Assembly (NCBI GenBank): GCA_013239625.1
Contig: MU054187.1
Location: forward strand, 12,379,325 to 12,443,324
Direction of reading: 5' to 3'
Source of the DNA: Lama guanicoe
Taxonomy: Eukaryota
DNA length: 64,000 nt
Part shown: in pieces, positions 25,960-38,805 of the stretch
Layout: every line of letters begins with the position of its first letter
Numbering within the stretch: position 1 is the stretch's first letter
Translations under genes and position numbers: made by a program
Notes under the pieces: generated by a model
Told to the model about the DNA's origin: nothing
The model's database searches: none
What the model saw: the letters and a program-made list of their open reading frames with translations, nothing else

Positions 25960-26540
25960 CTTTAACATAATCTTCACAGTGCTGTATTAATTACTCTAAA
26001 GCAAAGTTTTGATCATATTAGCCTCATATTCAAAAGGCTCCCTTAGCTTTTAATAACCAAAACTCCAAAGGCCAACGGCAGGCCTGGCACTGAAGGCCAT
26101 TGCATCTGATCAAAGGTAATTTCTGGGGTCACCATTCACTAATGCCCCATAGAAACTCCAGTTCCAGTTGATAGACTCTTTCTCCTGCTTCCTACACTTG
26201 AAATGGAGCTATTTTTGCCTTTGCTTTTCCCTTTGCCAGAGATGCTTTTTCCCTAACCTGCCATGCAAATCCTCGTCACTTCAAGATCCAGCTCAAGTCT
26301 GGATCTCTCGGAAGCCCACCCCCTACAAGGCCTTATTGTGCTACTTATTCAGTGTCCAGGGTGTAACTAAACTGTGAGTTCCTGCAAGGCAGAGTCAATC
26401 TTTTATGTTCCTTCACTGGACTTTGAGCCCCTTGAGGACAGGGCCAGCTTTCTAGTCATCGATGAATTTCCAATACTTGGTGCCATTCCTGGTCAACAGT
26501 AGGTGCTTAAAATAAATGTTTTAAATGAATGAGTAAATGG
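25960..26540 (+). mobile_element. L2 3' region
   Basis: cttcaagatccagctcaa...gactttgagccccttgaggacaggg...gtaggtgcttaaaataaatgttttaaatgaatgag. Confidence 0.65.
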
Positions 26541-26939
26541 ACTCCTCTACAGGAATACGAGGCTCAACATGTGTCCTTCTCTGAGTAGCCTCACACTGAA
26601 AGCAGGAGAAAATGTTACAAAAGTGCACCCTACAGCCTGAGAGCGGGGGTAGGGGTCTTTGTTGTCAGGCAGCCAACCCTGGCTGGGGGAGGTCTTTATA
26701 CAATGGGTCATGGTTAGCAACATCATAGGGTGTTGAGCAACTGCTCCAATATGCCGTTCTCGCGGGGTAGCTTTGCTCTGTTCTTCTTTCTATTTGACAG
26801 TGTCTGGCACAGTGTTAACACTTAGTGCATGCTTAATAAATATTTGAATTAAGGGTAAATATTGAATTATTAGCAAATGGTCAAGCACGTTGCTCTTGAG
26901 ATGTGAGCACTGTATTTTTATTGCTAAAAAATAACATGC

Positions 26940-28620
26940 ATCTTGACCTTGGTGGTCGACACAGTAATCTTAATGGGACAAAACTGCACAGAACTAAGTG
27001 TACACCACCCCCCACACAGAGAGCAATTCTCTTTCTTGGACATTTATCCTAGAGAAACGAGAACTTACATTCACACAAAAATCTGTATACAAATGTTTGT
27101 AATACTTTTATTTCTAATATCCCCCCCAAGGGAAAACAACCCAAATATCTTTCAGTGGCTGGAGAAACAAATTATGGTGTCTCTACAAATGGCCAATAGG
27201 CACATGGAAAAATGCTCAATATTGCTAAGTATCAGAGAAATGCAAATCAAAACTACGATGAGATATTACCTCACAGCAGTCAGAATGGGCATCCTTAAAA
27301 AGTGCACAAACAATAAATGCTGAAGAGGGTGCGGAGAAAAGAGAACCATCTTACACTGTTGGTGGGAATGGAGTTTGGTGCAGTCACTGTGGGATACAGT
27401 ATGGAGATTCCTTAAAAAACTAAAAACAGACTTACCATATGATCCGGTAATCTTACTCCTCGGCATATATCTGGAGAAAACTCCAATTTGAAAAGATACA
27501 TTCACCCCAATGTTCACAGCAGCACTATTTATAATAGCCAAGACATGGAAACAACCTAAATGTCCATTGACAGATGACTGGATAAAGAAGTTGCAGTGTA
27601 TATATACACAATGGAATACTACTCAGCCATAAAAAGGAATAAATAATGCCATTTGCAGCAACATGGGTGGACTTGGAAATTGTCATACTAAGTGAAGTAA
27701 GCCAGAAAGAGAAAGAAAAATACCATATGATATCACTTATATGTGGAATCTAAAAAAATGACAGAAATGAACTTATTTACAAAACAGAAACAGACTCACA
27801 GACATAGAAAACAAACTTATAGTTACCAGGTGGGGAAGGAGGGTGGTGGAGGGATAGATTGGGAGTTTGGGATTTGCAGATACACACTACCATATATAAA
27901 ATAGATAAACAATGAGGTCCTACTATATAGCACAGGGAACTATATTCAATATCTTGTAATAATTTATAGTGGAAAGCATTGAAAAAAGAATGTATATATG
28001 TATACATGTATAACTGAGTCACTTTGCTGCACACTGAAACTAACACAATATTGCAAATCAACTATAATTCAATACAAAAATTAATAATAAAAAACCAAAT
28101 TATGGTATCTCCATACCATGGAATATCACTCAGCAATACAAAGGAACAAACTATTTATAGACAACAACTTGGGTGGATCTGAAAGGAACTATGCTTAGTG
28201 AAAAAGCCGATCTCAAAAGTTCACTTACTATATGATTCCATTTATATAACATTCTTGAAATGACAACATTATAGAGTTGGAGCACAGATTAGCGGTTGCC
28301 AGGGGGTTAGAGAGTGGAGTGGGAGGGGAGCTTTGTGATGGAATTATTCTGTATCTTGACAGGTAGTGGTCACATAAATCTACACATGTGATAAAATTGC
28401 ATAGAATCAGGCATAGACACACACACACGTACACAAATGAGTGTGTAAAGAACTGAATAAGGTTGCTGGATTGCATCAATGTTAATTTCCTGGTTGTGAC
28501 ATTGTACTATAATTCCCTAAGAAGTTATTGTGGAATCAAACTGGGCACTGGGTATGTGGACTCTCTCTGTATTACTTCTTACAACTAGGTGAGAATTTAC
28601 AGTTCTCTCAAAATAAAAAA
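26940..28620 (+). mobile_element. Old L1 (L1MC-like) ORF2 end plus 3' UTR, split by a younger L1
   Basis: catttatcctagagaaacgagaacttacattcacacaaaaatc; resumes at 28093 with atggaatatcactcagcaata and ends at tctcaaaataaaa. Confidence 0.85.
27183..28092 (+). mobile_element. Younger 5'-truncated L1 nested in the old L1
   Basis: ORF2 C-terminus ([19 protein letters not shown]), complete 3' UTR and A tail. 18-bp TSD aaacaaattatggtgtct (27165-27182) / aaccaaattatggtatct (28093-28110). Confidence 0.96.
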
Positions 28621-31600
28621 GCTTTTTAAAAACATAGTAGTTTCTCTGAACCTGGGGCTGTTTTCAGAATTAATAAGGCAAAATATATTGCAATATATAT
28701 AATGTAGATCTTTTAAAAGCCTGCTTTATGTGTGTAAATCATTAATGTTATTTTTAATTCTGAAGGGGAACCTCAGCATTAGGTCTTATAATTCAAAATT
28801 ACACCAAACTGATGTACCTAACCTTGAGTCTACCTCTTACATTTGGAGTTCAGGGTTTTATTCATTTCTTTCACTTAATACTGTCCACTAGTTTTGCTAA
28901 CAACTTCAGTAACATTTCTACTACTTAAGAGATTTTGTGTGAGACGGTGAATGCTGTATTATGGGTACTCTCTATAAATACTGTTTAAAATTAGATGGCA
29001 AAGACTTTTAATTCACATCCTGCCAACTGTTTTACCACACTTTTTTTTTGTGCCTGTTTGCCTGCTATGTTATCCTCTATAATGAGTGAGTTACAGTAAT
29101 TGTAGCTGGAAAAATCATCATGCAAGGGGGAAAAAAAAGCTCAAAACCTGCCTTATTTTTAAATCAGTAAAGCTTCTGTCATTTTTTGGCCGAGTTACAG
29201 CTTCACAGCAAAGTCAAAGAACCAGCAGAGTAAATGCCACGTGGGGAATGTCTCCGTTGAAGCATAAATTAACTGTATTTCATTTTCCCTTAATAAAGAA
29301 TTTCAGTTTTTCCACAGTTAACTGTATAATCAATTTGCTCCCCTGCTGGTTTGCTAACTTGCTGTTGGCTTTACTTCAATAATATTGAGCCCAGCCTGGA
29401 ATGAGAGAAGGAGGGGGAGCTGATTTCACTGAGAATATGCGGTGGTGATAGAACATAGATTTTCCTTCTGGAATTTTGCTAGGCCTTTTATCCTTAAAGA
29501 GCCTAGATGTATTGCCCCAAGACCCCACACTCCTCTGGTCACCTATAATATCTGGTGCATCATACAGCTTCTTTAATCATGCTTTGGTGATTGGATGATA
29601 TGAAAGTTTTAAATCCTCCTCAGTGTACTGCATGCAGCCTTGGGCTTTCTAGCCCCTGAGAGCCTCTGGAAGACCTTTTTGCTTTATTTTATTATTTTTA
29701 AAAAATCAGTTAAGTATGCAAGAATTGAGAGTTCTAAGTAAGAAAGTATTTCAAGTCAAGTAGCTTCCATGAGTAATGCAACATAACTTTATATGAAATG
29801 CTGCTGTGCAATCAGCACTTTAATTGCAAAATTATCCTACTGGAAAGATTGGAGAGAGCACAGAAAAAAATACATTCTATCATAACTGCTGATTTTGTTC
29901 TTCCTGCCCTTCCCATGCCTAGAAATTATACCCTATACTATGGGTTTGTTCACTAACTCACTTGTAATTCCACATTTTTTCCCCCAGCTCTCTGGATTAC
30001 AAGACACAAGTTAAACATACAAGATAAACAAATATTATCTTTAGTCACAGAATCACCAGACAAAAAGCTCTTCAGAGCAAGCCGTCTCCACCCGTCCACA
30101 GTACTATTTCTGCTCCTCATTCCTAAAGCAGCTCTTCAATTTGAGGACAGTACACTCGGTAGACTTGAGAAGATGTTATGCACCAAAGTCAAACCATCAA
30201 CCGTTCCTTTCATCAGCCTAAAATTTCCTTTGTTCCCCGATAGCTTCATAGTCACATTAACCCCTACGCTGCCTTCCAAGGGCTGTGGAAGAGTGCAGGA
30301 GTGCAAAAACGTCCTAGTGTTCTTAGTCACACAGAGAACCCCTCATTCTCAGCATTGGTTATTTCCTTTGTTATCCTTATGGTTGTAGCTTTTGCTGTAT
30401 AGTGTAGAACTATAGTTCTCATGGTTCTCCTTTCTGGCTCATCATTACATAATGGCTTGGGATGAGGTTTTGCTTTTGTTTTCTTCCCTAAATCTATTGG
30501 AAATCTCAGTTTTTTTTTTTCCCTCCCTGCCTTTCCCCAGAGAGTCCTCAGGAAGTTTTCTAATTAACTGAACTATTTTTCTCTATTTCACTCAATTTTT
30601 CCATCTGAAGGGAGGGTCCACTTTTATTGACTTTTTTTCCAGAAATAAACAGTTCTTTTTCTGCAAGCTATGTAAGAAGGAGTAAGAAGTAGTTAAAGGA
30701 TAAGAAAATACAACATTTAATATGAACTTCGCCCCCGCTGGAATCTTTAAGGGTTGATGTACACCTTAAACTATGCCTAAAAGGCAAGAAAGCATTCATT
30801 ATGGTCCTGTCATCTGAACTAAGTCTGAGGCTGCTAAGCAATGCTAGGCTTCCTGAGATTTTTTCAGTCAATTGACCAAATCAAAAATTGAGCTTAACTG
30901 GCTTAAAATCAGGGAAATAGTGGAAATTCAAACGCAGTAGAGTGATGACAATTCATCTCTATTTTACAGAATCCACAGGAAAATTAATATGAAGATAATT
31001 ATGATTGAATTTCCCCTGTGGCAATCTTTGAGAATTATTTTTTGAGAAAAACTGTAATTGAGAATGGCATACTTATTTGAAGAAAACAACCTAACACACT
31101 GTCACTGAAGCAGGACGTTCTGGTTACAGCCTTCCCCTGCCATTTCATCTCATGATTGAGCCCAGATTAGGGGCACAGTCAGTCTCATCAAGGCTCAGAA
31201 CAGCTCTACTGGGCCAAAAAGCATATTGAAGAGAGTTGTTTGACTGCTCTGGGACAAGCCATGACAAGTCTAGGCAATAATTTGAAGGAAATTTCTAAAA
31301 AGATCATGTAGCAAGGTCCCAATTTAGAAAGCCGTAGGAATTCTGTCCAGTCAAATGATGGTGGCCACACCCATCGCACCCAGTCAGATAACCGTCCAAG
31401 AGCTTTATAGTGTGACTCACTTCAAATCCACCAAGAAGATGTTCTGCAAATGTTTTCTGAGAGACTGAATTTTTTTTTTTTTAATCTTCTAATCCCTGCT
31501 TGAGCGTGAATCTAAATTCCACTTTCCTTTTTCTTCCCAGCGTTTGCTGGGACGGTCACCATTGCTTTGGTCTTTGGTCTATTACTTCAGTATTACTCAT

Positions 31601-32220
31601 CTTTGATAATCTTTCATAGGCTCATTCATTCTAACCTAATTTCTTGTTAAGGAGAACCTGCATGGGCATTTTTGTTCTTTCTAGTAGATTTTTTTCTTCA
31701 GCTACAAAGAGATAAAATGGAAATGAATGCTGTATTTTTTCTTTCTTCTTGCCCTCAAGAAAATGAGAGGACCAGGGATCATTTATGAAAGCAAAAGAAA
31801 GTTTTATTGGTCTTTGTAGGGCAGGCAGCTATGAATATCTTGCTTCTGTGGGAAAGCTGAAAATCTAAAAGGAATGTCTTTGGATTAGTATGCTTGAAGG
31901 TAAGAAATTCCTCTTTCTTTAGCAGAGCCATATGGAAAATACACACACACATACATTAAAACAGGACAGAAAATCAGAGTGAATAGAGTGAAGACAAAAT
32001 TGAAAAAGGTAAGAAAACTAAAGTTAAAATTTAGTGCACTACACCCCAGGGTTTTTTTTTTTTTCCTGCCCTGTGATCAGAAGCATTCAGCGTAACAGTT
32101 GGCCAAGACAGAAATCAGAATAACAGCTAAGAAATTGCAAGAAAAATATAAGAAGTTTTTGAAATGAGAGAAAAACCACCTTCTCCTCTTTTCCCTTTGA
32201 TATTAAACTCACACAATGTA

Positions 32221-32232
32221 TCTCTCTCTCTC

Positions 32233-32265
<33 letters not shown>

Positions 32266-32284
32266 CACACACAGACACACACAC
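32221..32284. repeat. (TC)n/(CA)n microsatellite
   Basis: Seen directly. Confidence 0.95.
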
Positions 32285-32596
32285 AGGTCACTTCTATAAC
32301 TTAGAAAAAAATATCAAAAAAACTCTTGCTTCCACCTTTACATTATTACAGATAATTATATACAATGTCACTTGGCATTTTGAAATTAAAAATGGATTTC
32401 TCAAATAACTTCTACATTAAGTGCAAACTGATAATTTATCAGTGGCATGGCCTTTATCAAACACCTCACCTCTGCCCAAGTAATTGTCAGGGGAAACAAG
32501 ATGAAATGGAAGCATCTGCTCCCCGTTTATTCACTTATTAATTATTTAACAAATATTTGTTACACACCTGCTAAAGTATTGGGTACTATCAGGGAC

Positions 32597-33015
32597 TGTA
32601 TCAGTTAGGGTCCCAAGAGTAAACAGATGGTACATTCAAATTAGGATAATCCAAGGGGAGTTTATTTACAAAAAGGATTAATTGCAAAGGTTTGGGTAAG
32701 GAGGGATTGTGCAGGAACCCAAGGCTAGCATCAATGCAACTGTCCCCATGCCTGGGTTCTGAAGGGACAAGGAGAGGGAGAGGGCAAAGGAACCCAGGCA
32801 GAGATAGTTGTGAGGAGCAGAGGACCTCGCAGGAGAGGAGCCAGGGAACGAACCCAGTATCCTGATCTCACTTTCCTCCCTTCCTCTGATCACCACCCAC
32901 CCACTGAACTTAGCAGGAGTCAGAGCTTAAGGACAGAATCCATGCCCGCCAGTCACCTGGAGGCAGAGCACAGGGGAGTGGTATGGAATGGAGGCGCAGA
33001 TGCAGACAAGTCAGT
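32597..33015 (-). mobile_element. ERVL-class solo LTR (LTR41-like)
   Basis: tgtatcagttagggtccc...aaacagatggtacattcaaattaggataat...gtatcctgatctcactttcctccc. Confidence 0.7.
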
Positions 33016-33311
33016 AAGAAAGCTCCTGCCTGCACAGAGTTTACTTTCTTTTTAGAAAGTGGATATGTTCACGTGTAGCCATAAGAGCCTTGAGTGCTAG
33101 CAGGCAAGTACCAGCCAAGGGTGAGTTTCCAGTTGGGGCAGTAGGAAACGTGGGGCAGTAGCCACAACAGTAAGCCAGTGTGCTCTGAATGGCTGCTATG
33201 TTTCTTCCAAAGTCGCATTTTAATTGAATTCCAAGCAGGATTGTAGCATAGTGCATACACTTCTCATTTTCAGAGACTTTTCTCCTTACAGGTGATCATA
33301 TAAGAAGTTAG

Positions 33312-33418
33312 GTGCTCGCTGTAGCAGCACATATACTAAAACTGGAATGATCCAGAGAAGATTAGCATGGCCCTTGGGCAAGGATGACATGCAAATTTGT
33401 GAAGCCATCCATATTTTT
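33312..33418 (+). pseudogene. RNU6 pseudogene: Full-length U6 snRNA retrocopy, 5' part of a second U6-L1 chimera
   Basis: gtgctcgctgtagcagcacatatactaaaactggaatgatccagagaagattagcatggccc...caaggatgacatgcaaatttgtgaagccatccatattttt matches U6. ACAGAGA box is mutated to CCAGAGA. Confidence 0.97.
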
Positions 33419-33638
33419 GGGGATTAGTAGATACAAACTGCTATATACAGAATAGATAAACAACAAGGTCCTGCTGCATAGCACAGGGAACTATATTCAA
33501 AAGCTTGTAAATCTATAATTGAAAAGAATATAAAAAAAGAATGTATATATATGCATATGTGTAACTGAACCACCATGCTGTATACCAGAAACTAACACAA
33601 CATTGTAAATCAATTATACTTCAATAATAGTAATTTTT
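33419..33638 (+). mobile_element. L1 3' UTR fused to U6
   Basis: ggggattagtagatacaaactgcta...gcacagggaactatattc...aatcaattatacttcaat. TSD taagaagttag (33301-33311) / taaaaagttag (33639-33649). Confidence 0.93.
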
Positions 33639-34344
33639 TAAAAAGTTAGAAAGGGGAGAACAGAACTATTATGTGAAACACATACCTATTTTCAATTCTT
33701 TCTCTCACCATAAAAGCATATGTGGTTACTCTACGCTTCCGGACTCTCCAGCCCATGTCTTACACATACACTACATCCCTCTGTAACGCACATGCTTTTT
33801 ACAGTAAAATTTCTCTTGACCTCAGTGCTACCTGTCCTTCAAGGCTGAAACTTCTCTTAGTACTCCAACACTAATTTCTTCTTCTTCTAGGCCACCATAG
33901 CACCTAAATCCTAACTTTATTAGTTATTTGTTTATGTGTATGTTTCTTCTGCTCTTTCATCTTGACCTTCAGTGGCTTAAAGGATTATGAATTTAAAAAT
34001 TTTTTTTAGATTCCTTTTCACAGTATCTAGCATACTGGGTAGTACAGGAAGGGTACTGTGTTTGACTCTTATGATTTATGTCTAATTATTTGGATAGATA
34101 AATTGTCCCATTAAAATTAGCACAATGTTTATTCTTCAACCTGCTGAATCAAGTTGAACTTCCACATGTGGGTTGATCATCTGTCCTGTTTCACCTGGAA
34201 TGGTCTCAGTTTGTGCCTGTATTATCTAAGTATTAATAGCTCTCTCCCCTTGCTTATCAATATATCCTGAAGAAAATACTTGTAATGGCTATACCAGGTA
34301 ACGGTATAGTAGCTGTAATATGGTACTACATGGTAGAAGCCTTT

Positions 34345-35225
34345 CACCATTCAACAATAAAAAGACAACTCAATTTAAAAATGGGCAAAGGATTTGAGTA
34401 GACTTTTCTCCAAAGAAGATATACAAATAGCCAATAAGCACATGAAAAGATGCTCAACATCACTAATCATTAGGGAAATGCAAATGAAAACCACAGTGAG
34501 ATACCATGTCACACCCATGAGGTTGGCTATAGTGCAAAAGATATTAAAAAGTGTTGGTGAGGATGTGAAGAAATCAGTACCCTCATAAATGACTGGTGGG
34601 AATATAGAATGGTCACTGTGGAAAACAGTGTGTTGATCCCTCAAAAAGCTAAACAAGAATTCTCAAATGACCCAGTAATTCCATTTCTAGGTATATACTC
34701 AGGATAAATGGAAAGAGATAGTTACACAAAAACTTGCACATGGATGCTCATAGCTGCATTATTCATCATAACTGAAATGTGGAAACAACCCAAATGTCCA
34801 TCAACTGATGAATGGATAAACAGATGTCATACAACCATACAATGGAATATCATTCAGCCATGAAAAGGAATGAAATAATGATCCATGTTACAACAGAGAT
34901 GAACCTTGAAAGTATGCTCAGTAAAAGAAGTTAGGTACAAAAGTCCAAATATTATATGATTCTATCTGTATGAAATGTCCAAAATAGGCAAATTCATAGA
35001 GACCAAAAGTAGATTAGTGGTTTCTAGGGCCTGGGCAGAAGAGGACTGAGGAGTCACTGCTTACTGCATATGGGGTTTCCTTTAGAGGAGATGAAAATGT
35101 TTTGGACCCAGATAGAAGGGATGGTTGTACAACAGTAAACATATTAAAAAAAAAACACTGAATTGTACAATTTAAAATGGTGAATTTTATGTTGTGTGAA
35201 TTAAATCTCAATTTTAAAAATTACC
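34345..35225 (+). mobile_element. L1 (L1MB-like) ORF2 end plus 3' UTR
   Basis: ORF 34394-34588 [34 protein letters not shown]. 3' end tttaaaatggtgaattttatg. Confidence 0.93.
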
Positions 35226-35699
35226 AAAAAAATCTGTAACAAAACAAATTGCAGTGTGTCTTAGTTTGGAGCATTAATTATACAATAATCCTATCCATAG
35301 GGCAATTCTTAGGAAGTAAATGGAAAAAAGTAAAGATTATAGAGATCGCGAGGAGCTGGGAGCTGAAGAATTGAATGGAGATCTTTTTCCAAGACAAGGT
35401 TCTCTAAGAGACAGACAGTTAACATAACAGGAAGAAAGGTTTGGTTCTGTATTCTGAATCTGATATTACTCAGACTGAGATTCCAAAGATTCTCTTGAAG
35501 AATAAAGGTTAATATTCCTTAGTACAGAAGGTCCCCTACCTGACAAATTTTAACTTAGAATTTTCAGAAGAGGAGCAAAACTAGAGACCTATCGGTCTAA
35601 TGTTATTTGGAAGAAGCAGGAGCTTAAGAACTTCAATGCAAAACATTACCAAAGTGCTGCTGCTGAAAGTTTTGTGTCAAGATCCCACCATCACCTGAG

Positions 35700-35846
35700 T
35701 TTTTTTTTAAATTTTTATTTATTTATTGGGGGTGGGGAGTAATTAGGTTTTTATTATTTATTTATTTAAATGGAGGTGCTGGGGATTGAATCCAGGACCT
35801 TGTGCATGCTAAGCACACACTCTACCACTGACCTATACCCTCTTCC
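35700..35846 (-). mobile_element. Vic-1-type SINE
   Basis: Minus-strand tRNA-like head. TSD atcacctgagtttt / atcaccctagtttt. Confidence 0.92.
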
Positions 35847-38654
35847 CATCACCCTAGTTTTTATGACACCTTCCAGTGAGCTCACAGCCAGTGCCAGTGG
35901 CAGGCAGACAGCACGGATGATCCCGTAGCTGCTAAAGGACGATCCCTGGGCTCTGGCAGAGCTCAGCAAGGAGAGCAGGGGCCTCCTTCTCTGCATGTGT
36001 GGTGGGGATGAAACAAATCCATTTTGCACGAAGAGCTCTGATGGAATGTGTCTTAGCCTGACTCTAAAGCTTAAAAGATGAACACACACTCCTGTTCAGC
36101 GGAAATGCATTTGAGACTTAACAAGTTTATAAACCTCGCCTATTTGGAAGTAGAAAGCTAGACTGAATCTATTCCCTTCTTTTGTTTTAAATCATGTGTT
36201 GAGTGAGGGGTTTCCTTATTAAATAAAACCCCCTGATGTCTCAATGAGGCCCTCCCAGCTGGGCATCCTCTACTCTGTCTCCATTTGCCACACCGTCATC
36301 TTGTTCCTTCCTTCCATGCCTTTCTCCCTCCCTTTTATTATGGACTTTCTCTAGGCTTAGCAATATGAAATACACACATAAGTAAACCCTGGAGATTTGC
36401 CCTCATAATCAAGGCGTCAAAATCAAGTTGAAGGGAGAAATAGAAACACATAGAAAATGCTAGATAATCTTACGCTTTAAACATCATATGAGCATGTCAC
36501 TCCGTAACATATGATCAAATTCTAAATGAGCAGAACAGGAACACATTCTATGGCTTTAGGAAGAAGATCACTATGGAATGAAAAAGACTGAGAACTGGTT
36601 CATGTTTCATTTAAGGTAACTCTCATTTTGAAGAACTCAAAGATTTTCTACCAACAACTGAAATACGTTACCCATTACTCGGGCTTGGAAAAGAGTTTTG
36701 TTTTACATAATTGTAATCAGATTTGATGCGTACTATAAAATTCTAATACAATCTCCCTTCCTAACTCCAAATTGGATAGCCTCTTAGCATTTGTGGTAAC
36801 AGGATTCGACCTATAATACATTGTGTTTATATAATACCCTATATTTAGCATCAAATGGAAAAGTTTTCCAATAATGAGGTTTTGGAACACAGTCAATTCA
36901 GAGGCATCAAGTCATGCTCATAACAGCCCAGCAGCTCTGAACTGTTCTTGAGAAGAGAGTGAGTGACAGGATGCAAAACTAGCGATTGTGCAAAGACCTG
37001 AGCTGTTCTCTTCATCGAAACTTGAATGTAAACTTTCCTTATAAGGGACCGCTTGGTTGATTGACCTTTCTTTGAGGAAACTGTCCTTTATCTTTCCACC
37101 CACTCACTCCTAAAAATGTTTCATTCTGTATCAGAGGTAGCACTAGACCATCAGCTAAATTATCTCAGAACGTTGGCAGGCTCCAGTTTCCAGTTTGACA
37201 ATGTAACTTAACCATACTTTTTTTTTCCCTTTCTGAAAAACCTACCCAATCCCCACACAACAAAACAAATTTACCAAAAACACTGCAATCACTGCCAGTA
37301 GCAAACAAAAATCCCCCAAATAACAATAGCAACAAAACCCATCCCATGAGACAAAATTCCCCCACTGACATCACTCTGCAAAGATTTTAGGGACCTACTT
37401 TGTGAGCTATCCATACTGAGAATGTTCTGGCACAAAGAAACGAGAACTTTGCCTGTTTCAGGTGTGGCTTTAAGGAACAGAATTTTCCACGCTGGATTAG
37501 ATCATTTTTCCATCAAGTCCAATATCCTGCTTAGCTGACAAGAAGTTAATGATGGCGAAATGCTTTGAAAACATAAATACCACATACACACAAACAATAA
37601 TGAGCCTGCATGCTAGTAACTTTATGGCCCCGAGCCCTGGTTCATGATACAATTTTTTGAAAAGAACCTTAAATGTATAGAAGAGACAAAGTAAAGATTA
37701 ACTTCGTGCTTCCTTTCATATTTTACATGTCTTGAGCAAATAAATGATTAAAAAAACCCAAAGAAACCCTGGAAGTGTCAAAAATTAAGGATGTTTCCAG
37801 AAGCAGTTAAGCATGTGTTTTGGGATATTCATTACAATGTGGAAGTGTTTCTTGGGTCTGGATATAAAGAACTGAATTAAGCAGGTTGCATATAACCATA
37901 GGGCTCACTGCCTAGAAGTGATTATTTTTGTTCTTTCTTCTCTCCTATTGGACAGGGAATAGGAGGGACAGAAGCTTTATCAACTATTTCTTTAGCCTTA
38001 AATTTGCTTAGAAAGTGGGAGCCACTTTCTTTCAGATCTGTTAATTTTGTATTTTTTTAAGGAGAGTTCAATTTGTTCTTGAACTATGGGAAGATATTTA
38101 AAATAAGCTAGAGTATAGTGCTTGCTTTTTTACAAAAAAGAGCATTTGAAGCGTTGTTTATTGAACAGCTTTTTAAAATTAACAATGACTGACGAATGTA
38201 TGGGATTCATCAGTGAATTATGGTGCTTTGCTCTCTACAAAGGCTGAAAAAAAAATCACACTAGAGTCCTTCATTCTTTGTGTTACTTTTCAAAAGGGAT
38301 CTCAAATTTTCCATCGCAAAAGTTTCCAGATAACTTTCCCATTTGGTCTTCATTTAATTTAGAACTGTTTAGACCATCCCAAGAACACTTGGTTTCTTTA
38401 AAAAATTCAGGATAATTAAGATACTGATGCTTTAGGAGCTTGTATTTTTATTAGGGTTTTATTTGAAAGTCTATCTAGATTCTATTTAATTTTTCTAAGC
38501 ATTACGGAATAGCAGAGTTTATAAAAAACATACAAAAAGGTGCCAAAATAATAACCTGATATTTGTACATTGTTTCTGCCTCAAGTATCATGAAGCACTT
38601 TGCATGCAAATATTTGTTCTATTTCATAGATGAAGAAATTCAGGGACTAGAATA

Positions 38655-38805
38655 GCCATCGTAGTGCTGTGTTATGTAGCAAAAAGTGCCCTGAGCTGGA
38701 AACAGACGTTTCTAGATTTGAATGTACCATCGTAGGCTTGGCTTTTAACCTCCTTGGGCTTCAGTCTCTGCACTTATAAAATGAAGGGTTTGGGCTAAAT
38801 CTACT
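38655..38805 (+). mobile_element. MIR SINE
   Basis: taacctccttgggcttcagtctctgcacttataaaatgaaggg. Confidence 0.6.

Noticed and set aside
26943..27323. 126-aa ORF
   Set aside because: Chance fusion of two nested L1 ORF2 fragments
31170..31310. Protein-looking open frame (...IEESCLTALGQAMTSLGNNLKEISKKIM)
   Set aside because: Short, no convincing splice signals, no recognised homology
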